From positions 16,244,001-16,308,000 of the forward strand of contig CM022675.1 of assembly GCA_012295275.1 (NCBI GenBank): 64,000 bases of DNA. Direction: 5' to 3'. The translations under genes and the position numbers were made by a program. This DNA comes from Chrysomallon squamiferum (lineage: Eukaryota; Animalia; Mollusca). Under the pieces are notes generated by a model. That model saw nothing but the letters and a program-made list of their open reading frames with translations, was not told the origin of the DNA and searched no databases. This document shows, in pieces, positions 13,242 to 37,234 of the stretch; within the stretch, counting starts at the first letter, position 1, and every line of letters begins with the position of its first letter.

Positions 13242-16200
13242 CATATCTAATTTATTTATTTATTTATTGTGTCTCTATGTTGCAGAGTATCATCAACAAA
13301 CTGTACTGAAAAGTCAGTTTTCGAAGTTTACTGGTATGTGTTATAGTTTCCTAGCCGACTGTAAACCAGTCACTCAGTCTAGTTAGCTGTCTAACAGTCC
13401 TAGACATTTTATTTTTAAATTTACTATTCTCTTTAATAATTCGTTGTTTTTAATTCGTTCGCATATAAACATTATAAACATATAATGATAACAATAATGA
13501 TAATGATAATGATGATGATGATGATAATGATAATAATGAGAATGATAATAATAATAACAACAACAACAACAATAATAATAATAATAACAACAATAATAAT
13601 AATAATAATAATGATAATAATAATAATAATAATATTAATAACATTATAAATAAATGAATAAGTAAACAACACGGAGGTTGGACTAAGTGCACGTACTGGA
13701 TATTTTTAGACTAAATAGACACGTATCAGGTACACTTTAAACATTTACTTTAACTCAGACGAAGTCAGTGAGATGTTTGTAATAGACACGTATCAGGTAC
13801 ACTTTAAACATTTACTTTAACTCAGACGAAGTCAGTGAGATGTTTGTAATAGACACGTATCAGGTACACTTTAAACATTTACTTTAACTCAGACGAAGTC
13901 AGTGAGATGTTTGTGATGCTTGACAAGCTGCTGAGTGGTCTCAACCTGGTCACCAACAACATGGTGGACATCAACGAGAGTCTGAAATCAGTGGAGACCC
14001 AGCACGACGACGTCAGCAGGCAGGTCGCAGACTCCGCGGAGAAGAAACAGGACTGTCAGCTGCTGTCCACTCGGCTGCACCAGAACAAGGAGCTGCTGTC
14101 GCGTCTCGTGAGGCCGATGGAGAAGTCGTACGACGACGTGGAGAAGCTGCTGAGCAGCTGCCAGGAGGAGCTGGAGAGGAAGACGCAGGAGACGATGGAT
14201 CAGAGAGAGAAGCTGACAGTGATGGAAAAACGAATCCAGGATTTGGAAGGTTTTGTTAATGAATACCTTTCCTGATAGGAAGACACAGTTTAACCACATT
14301 CTGCATAGTTCCAAGTTTTGTTTACTTTGGTTAACTGTTGATGTGTAAATAACAGTGGATAAGTTTTAAAAAAATATCTGTGCCGCCATTTTTCTGCTGT
14401 AATGGCGGACCTATTTGCTCACAACATTTTTAAACACGATAAGAAAAAGAAATACATCTATCTATGTATTACTGCATCATGTTGTTGATGACGTCACCAC
14501 TCTAGAAATAAAGAATAAAATGGCGGCATGTAACAGTATTATTTTATTGTTTACACAAAATGATATAATGATATACACAGATATAAATAATATTGTAGTG
14601 ATAATTCTAACACAGTGAGATAACAGAATGTTCTTATTCTTTCAGCAAAACTGAGATATTATAAAACCCTGTCAAACGACCTCGAACTCTTTGTAAATGT
14701 GAGTGACATCTAGTGACAAATTAGACGTTTCAAAATAAAACTATCAAAACTATTACAATAAATTACACACACGTACACACATAAAACATGAATACACAGA
14801 TAAACACATTTATACACATAAACAAAAATGCATACATACATACATACCGTATGTACTTGTGTACAAGGCGACCTTATGTATAAGTCGATGTGTATTTTAA
14901 GACCAAAAATTGCGTCATTTTAGGTATTACTTGTGTATAAGTCGACTGTAGATTCCAGGCACCGTCACTATTTTTAGACCAGTGTGACAGTGCCATGAAG
15001 GCCTACATTGTACGCCTACTGTAACATAACTTGCACGAGCTGTAACTTGCACGAACATACCATAATAACGTAAATGCATGTATTACACGAGCTATAGCCT
15101 AAATGTATCATAAATAGTATCTCAAATATGGCGAGAAGTTGAACTGATTTTTGTTGCAGAACGTTTATAGAAATTTAGTTTGTTTTCGATTTATCGGTAG
15201 TGGATATTAATGACGATTGCAATATTATTTCACCAAATTCTTTACAATTACACAAGTGAGTTTTGTTTACGAAATTAGGACCGATATTTAGTGCAATTTG
15301 GCAGAGAAGTCTGCATTCCTAGATCACTGCAAGACGCCGTAAGGCATAACGCCGTACTGACGGTTTTCTCGCTTTAAAATGTATTTTTATGTCATTAAAC
15401 GGACGAATATCATGTTTTACATTCATATTTGGTTTTGTTATTTAATTTTTCAAAATGTTTTATACGATAAAATTATATTTTTGAAAAGCTGAAAGACCGC
15501 GATTATTTTAGATGCATCCCGTAGAAAAATTAGTCAAAATGGCGACTCTTCAGCAACAGCTACAAAAGCATTACCTATGTATAAGTCGACCCCCAAAATA
15601 TTACCTTAATATAGTCTCCCAAAAATTCGACTTATACACAAGTATATACGATACATACATACATACATACATACAGACACACACACCCACATGCATACAT
15701 ACATAATTACATACCGACACACACACATACATACATACATACATACATACAGACACACACACACATACATACATACATACATACATGCATACCGACACAC
15801 ACACACACACACACACACCCATACATACATACATACATTACATGCATACATACATATATACCTATATACGGCATCTGGCGGGTTTATGACGTCGTGACAG
15901 GACTGTTGTGGTAGATTTCTCTCGACGGCTGGACGGTAATGTCGTCCCCCTTCAGAGAGTGCGCGAATGTGTGCCATAGGATCGAGTCTCGGCATCTGAC
16001 GGGTTTGTGAGGTCCTGATTGGACACTGTCCTCCTGCGTCTGTGCGTTCCAGAATTTAGTCAATGTGCAGAGTCTAATCAAACTTACGTAAGACAGAGAA
16101 TATTCATATCCTAAAATACACAGATACACACATACTACACACGTACTTTATCAACTGGTATTTTCTAATTAACAATTTCAGGATCAGTCACAGAGAATAA
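12700..16200 (+). CDS. Uncharacterised coiled-coil protein, about 182 aa, 6 predicted coding exons
   Basis: GC-rich core exon 13893-14249 (within track ORF 13907-14275) encodes heptad-like E/K/L/Q-rich sequence. In-phase GT-AG exons: 12700-12736 (MFRKFRNRNRES), 13286-13333 (KYHQQTVLKSQFSKFT), 13893-14249, 14646-14698 (AKLRYYKTLSNDLELFVN), 16053-16087 (NLVNVQSLIKL), 16182-16200 (TISHRE*), total 549 nt. The core exon is well supported; the short terminal exons less so. Confidence 0.68.
13714..13914 (+). repeat. 67-bp exact tandem triplication spanning an intron/exon boundary
   Basis: aatagacacgtatcaggtacactttaaacatttactttaactcagacgaagtcagtgagatgtttgt at 13714, 13781 and 13848. Confidence 0.95.
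14847..15651. mobile_element. Non-autonomous Tc1/mariner superfamily (Tc2/pogo-like) MITE, about 805 bp
   Basis: Left TIR ccgtatgtacttgtgtacaaggcga versus reverse complement of right TIR tcgtatatacttgtgtataagtcga (21/25 identical); TA on both flanks; internal repeats of tgtataagtcga; inserted in a (TACA)n tract; no ORF. Confidence 0.85.
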
Positions 16201-16319
16201 GCCGTTCGTATGTGTGTACGTGTGAGTCTGCCAATGTGACATACTCAGTAAATCTGGAAGGTGAAAACAAATTTCTTGTTATTTTCCTATTTCTTCTTCT
16301 TTTTCTTCTTCTTCTTCTT

Positions 16320-16399
<80 letters not shown>

Positions 16400-16801
16400 G
16401 ATTGCAGTCATCCTCATAATCAACAACATCATCATCGCTGTGTATGTATTTGTATATACTGAAGATAATAACTGAAGCAGTTACAATAATAGTATTATCA
16501 GAATTACAATATTAATAATAGTAATAACTTTAGAAGTAATAATTTTAGCAGCAAATGCACATGACATAATAATGAAGAAACTGTATAAGTGGTACTAGAC
16601 ATAATACTAACTGTATTATATAAGTCATAAGTAAATCACAACTAACAGAGTTAGAGTTTGTATTATGCCAAGGTTTCAGTGAATTGTGTAACTAACAGAA
16701 ATTTATATTTTATGATTTCAGGTGGCGGAGAAAACTAATTTTAAAAAGTTTATCTTATTCGTGAGACACAGAGAAATAGAGATCGTTTTATTTATATATA
16801 T

Positions 16802-17013
<212 letters not shown>

Positions 17014-17532
17014 GTACATTGTGGGCATGTGTGTCTGTATGTGTGTATGTACGTATGTATGTATGTATATGTGTGTGTTTGTGTGTTTGTGTGTGTGTGC
17101 ACCAAAGTAATCTTATTTCACTTTGATAATTATATATCTATATTTATATAATTATATACCTATACTTGTGTATAAATATTTGTTAAATCAGGGAACTGTG
17201 ACGGGAGATGTGATGATTATTTTTGGGAAGAAGTAAATAAACTGTGTGCAGGAAACAAATAAACAGACAAACAAACACAATGATAAAACAGGAAAACCAA
17301 AGTTTCATCTACGACTCTACGTCATGCTCATTTGAAAACAAAGATGAGACGTTTTGAATAGTTTTATTTTGTAACAGTGATCTAAACAACGTTAACACAT
17401 CACAGCTAGCTTCGTCTTGCACTTCATTGTGACATTAACATTCTATGTGTAATGTAATTAGTCCTTTCCTAATAATAAAGTACTTTTAGAATAATATTAC
17501 TGCTATTGTTATTGTTATTATTTTTGTTGTTG

Positions 17533-17591
<59 letters not shown>

Positions 17592-18181
17592 TTATATTTC
17601 TCTGTGTACAAATATGAAGCACGAAACAAGGTAAAATGTCACAAGAGTGCATCAAAAGGAGGCTATCATTTGATTGTCATACTTTTTGATTAGCAAATAT
17701 TGGATGCAGTTTAAAGTGGATGTAGTGAAAATATCGTATGTTTATTTATGGCCACCTCTAATCACTCATTCACATATATTATATGATATCTTTTCTGTTT
17801 TGAATTCAAAATTCCTGTTTTGTTATCTTTTATGTTTTGAATTAAACATAATCAAACGGGATATCTACAATGATATTACTATTTCCAATATCATAAATAA
17901 CAAACATTATTTTTATTTATTGCAAAAATGGGTTGATAATTCAAAAAAATAAGTCATAACAACATCACTGACATGCGATCATCTTTTAATTTTCTCGATA
18001 ACAATTAAAAAACGTTAACATAACAATAATATTACGACGTGATTAATTAAAACATTTTTATAACAATTCAAACAGTAAATACAACATTTCTACCTACAAA
18101 TGGATTGGATATATATTAAAATAAGAAACATTGTTTTTATTTATTGCTGAGATAATATCTAACTTACTTTTTTTCCGTGAA

Positions 18182-18247
<66 letters not shown>

Positions 18248-18458
18248 AATCTGGTATTTAACAAAAGGAGATAAAAAAGAAAAGGTGTGTCTGCATTTCC
18301 TAGTTTAAAAAAAAACGAATGAAACAATTGTCTGTTATACTGGAGTAATATTTTATGAATTTATTTATTTATTTACATTTGTTTATAATAATTATATAAC
18401 CTATCTAATATCTTATATAGACAAATTAATTATCTTCTACTTGAATATTGTCCTGTAT

Positions 18459-28367
<9,909 letters not shown>

Positions 28368-28448
28368 CACAGATTGAAACAAAACAAAACCTGGAACATA
28401 AAAGATAATTTAGTTACATTTATATACACAGACCTCGGGCTAGTCTTT

Positions 28449-28480
<32 letters not shown>

Positions 28481-29732
28481 ACACACACATACACACATAC
28501 ATACACACACACACATACACACACACACATACACACACACACACACGCATAAAACACGCATTAGGTTAAACACCTGCTTATTCACATACAGACACGAAAG
28601 ACACACATACAATTTTTTTAATTGTAAAATTCCACTGAATATTCAAATTACTTCTTTTTGGATTGTAAGTCGAAAATAATAGGTACAAAACAAAAATGAC
28701 AAAAAGGATCGAACGCTAACCTTGTTCGACAACAAACAATGTCTTTCTTTTTAATAACAGGCTCATAAATATTTAACTTATGTACTCCAACGTGGTATAA
28801 ACATTTCACGTGAAAATCATAGATAGGTCACACAGTATCTTCTGATGCTATGAAGCAATACCTTCACTCACACACACACACAAAGTTAATGTGTATATAT
28901 ATTCATTTTAAAATGTTCAGTTATTTGTATTCACCACCTTAACATCTACCTAATTTCAATCTGGCAGAGTCTAGTATGTCATAATATGCAACATTCTTAT
29001 TTTACTGATCTATTTTATGGTACGAAATGGAGCATCAAACTATGAAAACTATTAGTAGAAGAACTGAACATTTAAAATGAATAGTTCAGTTTACTGCTGT
29101 GAGTCTTGCTGGTTAGTTTGACACCAGTCACTTGCTGCTGCTGATCGTCAGTTATTAGAACCATTCTCTTCTTTGACGCTAACTTTCTGCAAATACGGTG
29201 GCCGTAATGATTGAAAATTACAAATCTCCAAAACTATATGAGATAAGTGAAATCTGTTGTTTGCATTCTTTTATTTTTTTTTCTTCTTCTTCTTCATTTA
29301 CCTAAAAAATAACGCAATTCTTTGCGTAATATCCCTGATTTTTCTTTGCATCATCACAAGTTGTTTTCTGATATATCAGAATCTGTGGTTCGAGGTTACC
29401 CTTCGGTCAGTTACCAGATCAGCGAATGATTAGATATTTAGAAATGATGACGTATTTTAATGCATTTTACTTATCAAACGTATGCTATCTTTGTACGACG
29501 ACGATCTGAAAATCAAAACCACTGATTTCACGCATGTTAGCAGCAAATTTTCATTTAGTTAAACATTCCCACACCTCGCATTGTAATGTTTGGATCGCTG
29601 ACTGGAATGTAGCACTGGGGTCACAGAGGAGGTTGTCATAGCAACCATTCATGATTCAGAGCAGTTTTTATAAATAATTGTCTTTGACTGACAGTTTTTT
29701 TTAGTTATTATTTATTCTTTTTTTACCAATAG

Positions 29733-29766
<34 letters not shown>

Positions 29767-29869
29767 GTAAAAGTAATAATAATAATAATAAAAGTAATAA
29801 TAATAATAGTAACAGTAATAATAATATATAATAATAATACTAATATTAATAGTAACAGTAATAATAATA

Positions 29870-29902
<33 letters not shown>

Positions 29903-30983
29903 ACAACAACAAAAATAATAATAAAAATAGTTTTTGTTGTTATCATTATAGTAATAGTATTAGAAGTTGCAATAATTGTAGCAAAACATTATAGTAGTAG
30001 AAGCAGTAACAGCAGCACAGTATTCGTAAATATAGTTGTAGCAGTAGCAGTAATTATATAGGTGGATGTAGTAAAACTAGTAATTATAGTCGTAATAGTA
30101 GCACTAGTAGCAGTAAAACTAGTAATTGTAATTGTAGTGGTAGTACCAATAGCAGTAGAAGTCAATACATGAGTTAATTTGTTACAAGTGACACAATGGT
30201 AAACAGTTTTCGTGTAAATGTTGTTTGTCACAAACAGATCAGAGTTAACCGGATGTCAGAAGATAATGAAACTTCAAACAGATTTTATCCACACAGACAA
30301 CCAGCTCGTTTAACATTCTTTCATTTAAAACTCTGTCAGTGAAGTAAAAAATCTTTGTTATTACTGTTATAACTTTAACCGTAGTTAAAGTTCAGAATGA
30401 ACTATTCTGAAAAGTATTAATGTTAGAATTCCAGATATATTTATTTAATTATTTGGTTATAATGGCTATTAACAGACGTTAATGCTTTACTTAATAATAT
30501 TTAAGTAAAATTTAGTAAAATTATAATATAGGTAAAATACATCTCTTTATAGTTAAAGACAGTATTACAGTAAGACAGTTTAAAAGAGCTCTGGTTTAGA
30601 CTGGGACATGAGGGGTGTTTTGTCCCTGAGCAGACAGACACGAGTTACACACAGAACACGAAATGATGGCGGGGTCGAGCACTCGCGGTTTGTATCCGTC
30701 GATTTTTGTAAATTGATGTCTAATTTTACAATTAATATTAATTGATAAAATAAAAGAATGTTTTATGTAATTAATTTAATAATAATAAAAGTTAGAAAAA
30801 GAAGAATGAGATATAATAAATTTTTTAATTATTATTAATGAAATAAAATGAAAAGAAACGAAACAAATCGAAAAAAAGAGATTGAAACAAAATATAAAAT
30901 TAAATTAATAAAACGAAACAAAACAAACTTCTCAAAACTACATAGAAATTATAAAAATATATTAAAGCACATGAATAAAAAAT

Positions 30984-31019
<36 letters not shown>

Positions 31020-31117
31020 TCTTAAACATGCGCGTTCTTTAAAACTCAGAAATATTGTACAATTTTATAGTTTTTCAATAATATACATCAAGATACTGTT
31101 GTTATTATTATTATTAT

Positions 31118-31154
<37 letters not shown>

Positions 31155-31164
31155 GTTGTTGTTG

Positions 31165-31222
<58 letters not shown>

Positions 31223-31441
31223 ATGTTAACGTGATGATATATTTTTGCATTTAAGGACATGATCTTGAAGCATCCCATCCTTGATATAGTGATATTTCTC
31301 TAGAGTCCCCCAAAAAAATAATTAAAAGTCAAAAACAAAACAGAAAAAACAAAGAAACAAACAAATAAAACTGCCATGTGCGCGTTACTCATTTTCTAAA
31401 CTGTAGAAATCACGTGAAAACAATTTGCCTGGAATAACGCG

Positions 31442-31687
31442 GTTAAATACAAAACAACGCGATGTGTTACAGTCAGCGCTGTTAAATACAAAACAACGCG
31501 ATGTGTTACAGTCAGCGCTGTTAAATACAAAACAATGCGATATGTTACAGTCAGCGCTGTTAAATACAAAACAACGCGATGTGTTACAGTCAGCGCTGTT
31601 AAATACAAAACAACGCGATGTGTTACAGTCAGCGCTGTTAAATACAAAACAACGCGATGTGTTACAGTCAGCGCTGTTAAATACAAA
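31442..31687. repeat. 39-bp minisatellite, about 6 copies
   Basis: gttaaatacaaaacaacgcgatgtgttacagtcagcgct repeated; unit divisible by 3, giving spurious ORFs on both strands. Confidence 0.95.
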
Positions 31688-32284
31688 GTATTTTCGTTTA
31701 AAATTTATTCCACTTCATACAGCGTATATATGATGCTGGCGGCATTTTTACTTTTATTTTTTTATTAGTTTTTAATGTTTCTCGGAAAATCAGATCTAAG
31801 AATAGATAAAGAGAACAATGTAAATGACCGCTATATTTCTTACTAGTACTGGCCTGCAAATAACTAAAAAAAACCTGTATATGTCAATAATACAGTTTCC
31901 ATTTTATTAATTATTATTTGTATTTTTATTTTATTTACACTTTTCTGGGGTTTTTGGTTGGTTTTTTTTTTTTTTGGTTTTTTTTGGTTTTTGGTTTTTC
32001 TTCCGGAGGAATTTTTTTATTATTATTATTATTGTTGTTGTTGTTTGGACCAAAATTAATTATATACCAAAAACTATAAATAACAACATATTAAAATCTA
32101 AGTTGATTAAGTTTCTGATAATTAAAAAAACAACATTTTAAATATATTATAATTTTTCTTCTTTTCAGATGTTTTTCATACAAAAAAATTTAAAAAGTAA
32201 GATAATAAAAAAATGTATAATTTTTATTTGGCTAGAGAAAAAAAATATAGATTTAATTTGGTTATCATAAAGAAAATAGCGCGC

Positions 32285-32350
<66 letters not shown>

Positions 32351-32559
32351 AGAAACACACACAACATTTATAACTGAAAATTAAATCTAATTGTTTCTCT
32401 AGCCATATAAAAATCATACATTCATTTATTATTTCTTTATTGTATTTCACATACACACACAATTATTGTTATTATTATTATTATGTTTATGTTTATGTTT
32501 ATTGGTATGTTTATTTCTATGATTATTTTAGATTTTCTCTCTATTTTTTATTTATTTAC

Positions 32560-32591
<32 letters not shown>

Positions 32592-32772
32592 TTTTAATTT
32601 TTTTTTTTTTTTTTTTTTACAATTATTATTAGGAGTAAGAAAGAAACAGTTGGCCTATAGTTTTAACATACTTCAGAACTAAATTACTGACTATTAATAT
32701 AAAACAACAGCAACAAAAATAAAAATAAAATAAAGGGAAAACCAGCAAACGAAATTAAAGAGATTTAAAAAA

Positions 32773-32862
<90 letters not shown>

Positions 32863-33062
32863 AGTTTAAACAAAAAAATAATAAGAAGAAAAAGAAGTTT
32901 AATAATAAAAAGAAAAAGAAAAAAGATAACAAATTCAAAAAAAAAAAAAAAAACAAGAGAGCGCACAATCGAGATTTTCACATTTAAATATGTATTTAAA
33001 CTGCTACGTAATTAAAGGAATGAATTAACACGCGATCTAATCACTTCTAACACGACTCTTAC

Positions 33063-33360
33063 CTGTACTGTCGCCGTGGCTACAGAACTTGCTGTAGATT
33101 ACTTTAATCTTCAGAGACCGGAGCGCCTGAGAGAGCGGTGGAAATTAAATTCTTATGACGTCTGAACAGTTTGTGTTCACTCAATTTAAGCAGGCTTTGC
33201 TTTGGCGGCGCATCAATTTGTACGGAGGGACCTCAGGGACATGAGTAGAATCGTCAGTAAACCTTGATGTCGTCAAAGAACAAAACGCAAAAAATCGGGT
33301 TATTTTTAAAAAGTTCACTGTTTCTGCCAGTTCAACATCAAACATAGAGAACCTCAACGC
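33063..33360 (-). other. Candidate upstream non-coding exon of GAD
   Basis: Higher-GC unique sequence ending in a consensus donor gtacag|gtaaga at 33063/33062 on the - strand. The first GAD coding exon has an acceptor (ttccag| at 28390) upstream of its ATG, implying an upstream exon. The 5' boundary is uncertain. Confidence 0.4.
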
Positions 33361-33415
33361 AGGGTGTTTTGTGTAATTAATAAAGTGTTGAATAACCCTG
33401 CGAGTCACGCACAGA

Positions 33416-33506
<91 letters not shown>

Positions 33507-33529
33507 ACACACACACACATACACACACA

Positions 33530-33600
<71 letters not shown>

Positions 33601-33762
33601 ACACACACACACACACATATATATGTTAAAAAGAAAAAAATGAAAAGAAGAAAATGAAAGTAACCAAACAGGGTCTCTGTCTTACTGATTAGTCTGATTA
33701 ACAGATACTCAGTTATGAATTATCTATTAAAATTAGTTCATAATACCTGACTTTATTATTAC

Positions 33763-33837
<75 letters not shown>

Positions 33838-33858
33838 AGAATATCATTGATACTACTA

Positions 33859-33896
<38 letters not shown>

Positions 33897-34539
33897 TGTT
33901 TATAAAAAAGACGAAGAAGAAAAAGAAAAGAAACACGTTTAATCAAACAGAGGTCTCCAGTTGATAGACTAGACTAACAGGTAGAAAGATCAAACCTCCG
34001 AACTGCGCCATTTGTGTAATTCCTGTTCTAGATTTTACTTATAAGGATTCTAGTATCTGACTTCCTGTCGAAGATGCTAATGATCCTGTGTTTATAATTA
34101 CATAGTAAATAAATAGTAAGAATCGTGTGTGGTTTCTGATTTATTTATCTGCAGTCTAAACCATACATAGACATAATACGAGCATAAATAAATACATAAA
34201 TGAATTAATAAATGAACAACAAAAACAAATAAACAAACAAAAATATGTAGATAATTAAACAAATAAAAACAACAACAACAACAACAAAACGAAAGAAACA
34301 GATTTTTTTTTCACTGATATTATTATTTACATCAAGTTATACATTATAATTTATTAAAACTGTATTTTATAACTGACGATCTTAGACATTATAAATGATT
34401 TTTTCCTCAGTTCTGTGTAATGCTGAGGTTTGTGTGAATGTAGGACAAAAACCCGCAGGACAAAAAGCCGCCCAGTCCAAGAATAAAAAAGCGGACTGGG
34501 GGGCTTTTGTCCTCGTTTGCATTTTTTGAACTGGGGGGC

Positions 34540-35200
34540 TTTTATACCAGGTGGCTTCCGCCCGCACCCAGGTTTAAGTACGTGAGTCGTGGCTCTGGAC
34601 TTCGCACGTTTCAAAAATGAAACATCAAAACCCATTAAAGTTATAAGCGCAAACTGGCGATCTCAGGCGATGTGATAAACCAGTTGTTCATCCGTAACGT
34701 ACAGTTTAAAAATATCTGAACGCCGCCATTTTTCTGATGTCGTCACGTCATCGCCTGAAGGGGGGACCGATTTTTTAAAAATGTTCTCCCAGCGTCAGCT
34801 ACCAGTCAACGATCTTAGCACGTGATTTTACGATCTCTGTTGCAAAAAGGTAAAAACGCGCCTGACTGGCGGTTCCAGACTCAGGACAAAGATGTCACTT
34901 TTGTGTTTCCATAGGTTATTTGCACTTGCGACTGGAGGGTGTATAATTTTGGAAGAAAACGTCTTAAAAGGATCAATTTCGCCTGCGATCGGTTGCTAAT
35001 GACCTGGTTGGCGTTTCTTCATCCAATAACGCCGTGTAGACGTTGTCTTCAGATGACTGCCTGTCACCGATTCCGTCACTCTGTTTGCATTTCCAATTCA
35101 CTCACACATTCTCTTCCAATCACACTGGCCAAACGTGTAGACTTTTCATTCCTCGCTTTAATATTGACTCTGGACTTTAAAAATCAGCGTAGTCCTCTGT
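34540..35200. promoter_or_regulatory. CpG-rich candidate promoter/enhancer region upstream of GAD
   Basis: Locally high GC/CpG with a GC box (ccgccc), YY1-like cgccgccattttt (about 34721), CRE-like cacgtca (about 34745) and E-box cacgtg (about 34819). Confidence 0.35.
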
Positions 35201-35987
35201 GACTGTGTAGTACATGTACGTTTATATTTATGTGTGTATGTGTGTGTTTGTGCGTGTGTATGTATTATTATGTATGGATATAATGATGCATATAATCTGT
35301 GTTTTTGTTTCTTTAAATCCATTACTCCATTACTGTTTTATAATAAGTTAATAAAATGTTTGGTTATTTCAGATCGCCGAACAAATTTTTGAATTAACTA
35401 GTTCTTTTCTTTTAAGTTTTGCTAACAGTCTACGCAAATTTGACAATTTAGTTTATTTAGCATCAAAAAATACAAAAAAACAACAACAACATTTTCCTAA
35501 CTTCTGAACACACCATCATTAAATAATATTTTTAAAATATATGAATAGGGAAGTAAATAAGAATAAAATATTGATGAAGGGAATGAAGGAAAATCGGAAA
35601 GAAGGAAAGAAAGACAAAAAAAAAGAACTACAATAAGATGAAAAGAAAGAAAGAAGATGCAAAACAAAATGAGAAGAAAAAGAAGTGATGGAAAAAGAAG
35701 AATTGAAAAAGAAAAAAGAGAACTTGGAACGGATCATACTATTGGATTCTGCGATCTCTTTCACTTCGATTTCTTTTTTCTTTTGAGAATTATTGAAAGG
35801 TAATTGAGCGGAGATGTGTCACGAAGAAAGAAATTATCAAGTGAGTGGAACGTGTAGGTGTCTCAACATCTGGCTCTTATTAGCGGCTTCACCTCGACAC
35901 ACAGAGTCAATACAACTCATTACTTAAACTGAAATCTTTCTTATTTCATTGTATAATTTAGTCAATACAGTACTGACGGGTTTCAAC

Positions 35988-36037
<50 letters not shown>

Positions 36038-36121
36038 CTGTCTATCTATATAATCTATCTCTTTATTTATATCTCTCTCTACCTCTGTCTCTATCTGTCT
36101 ATCTATCCATCTCTCTCTCTC

Positions 36122-36166
<45 letters not shown>

Positions 36167-36179
36167 CTTTATATCTCTG

Positions 36180-36273
<94 letters not shown>

Positions 36274-36580
36274 CTATATTTTGAATCTGTATATGTCAGT
36301 ATGTGTTTATAGAGGAGCATATACCGATGGACACTTTTTTGTTGATTATTATTATTTTCGCTAACACTGTTACGAAATACGTGTTGCTGTTTAATTTCAG
36401 TTTAAACCGTCCCACTAAGACAGCCGACATCTGGCGCTAACTGCTGTTTACTCCAACATTCGATCTCCGAATTTTACTGTAGACCCTCGAAGGGTTCTTT
36501 CATTTTGGAGTAATTAATTTTCTGAATACGACAGCCAGTGAAAAGGAGATAGGAGAGGAAACAGAGTCTATGAGACAGCG

Positions 36581-36850
<270 letters not shown>

Positions 36851-37188
36851 AATCTAACAGCAGCAGGTTCGATTTTAACAAGTCCATTAAAGAGATCGGT
36901 GAAACACACTGTCCGTTCAGGTTATTTCGCGACTAATTTCGATTTATTTTCCAACATTTCTGTTTTATTCCGACATCAGTGTAAAGTAAGAATATTTACT
37001 ATGGGCTCGCTTTAGCTAATTTTAGTTTTAATTTCACAGCAATAAATTAAATCCTATTCCGGATAAATGGAAGTAAAAGTGTTTAATTACAGTTGAGACG
37101 AAATCAATACTTAAAAAAGAATAGTTTAATCTTTCACAGATTATATATTATTAACTTTGTAAATATATTTTTGGTTTAATATATTTTG

Positions 37189-37234
<46 letters not shown>

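Noticed and set aside
13988-14314. - strand 108-aa ORF
   Set aside because: Antisense shadow of the GC-rich coiled-coil exon on the + strand.
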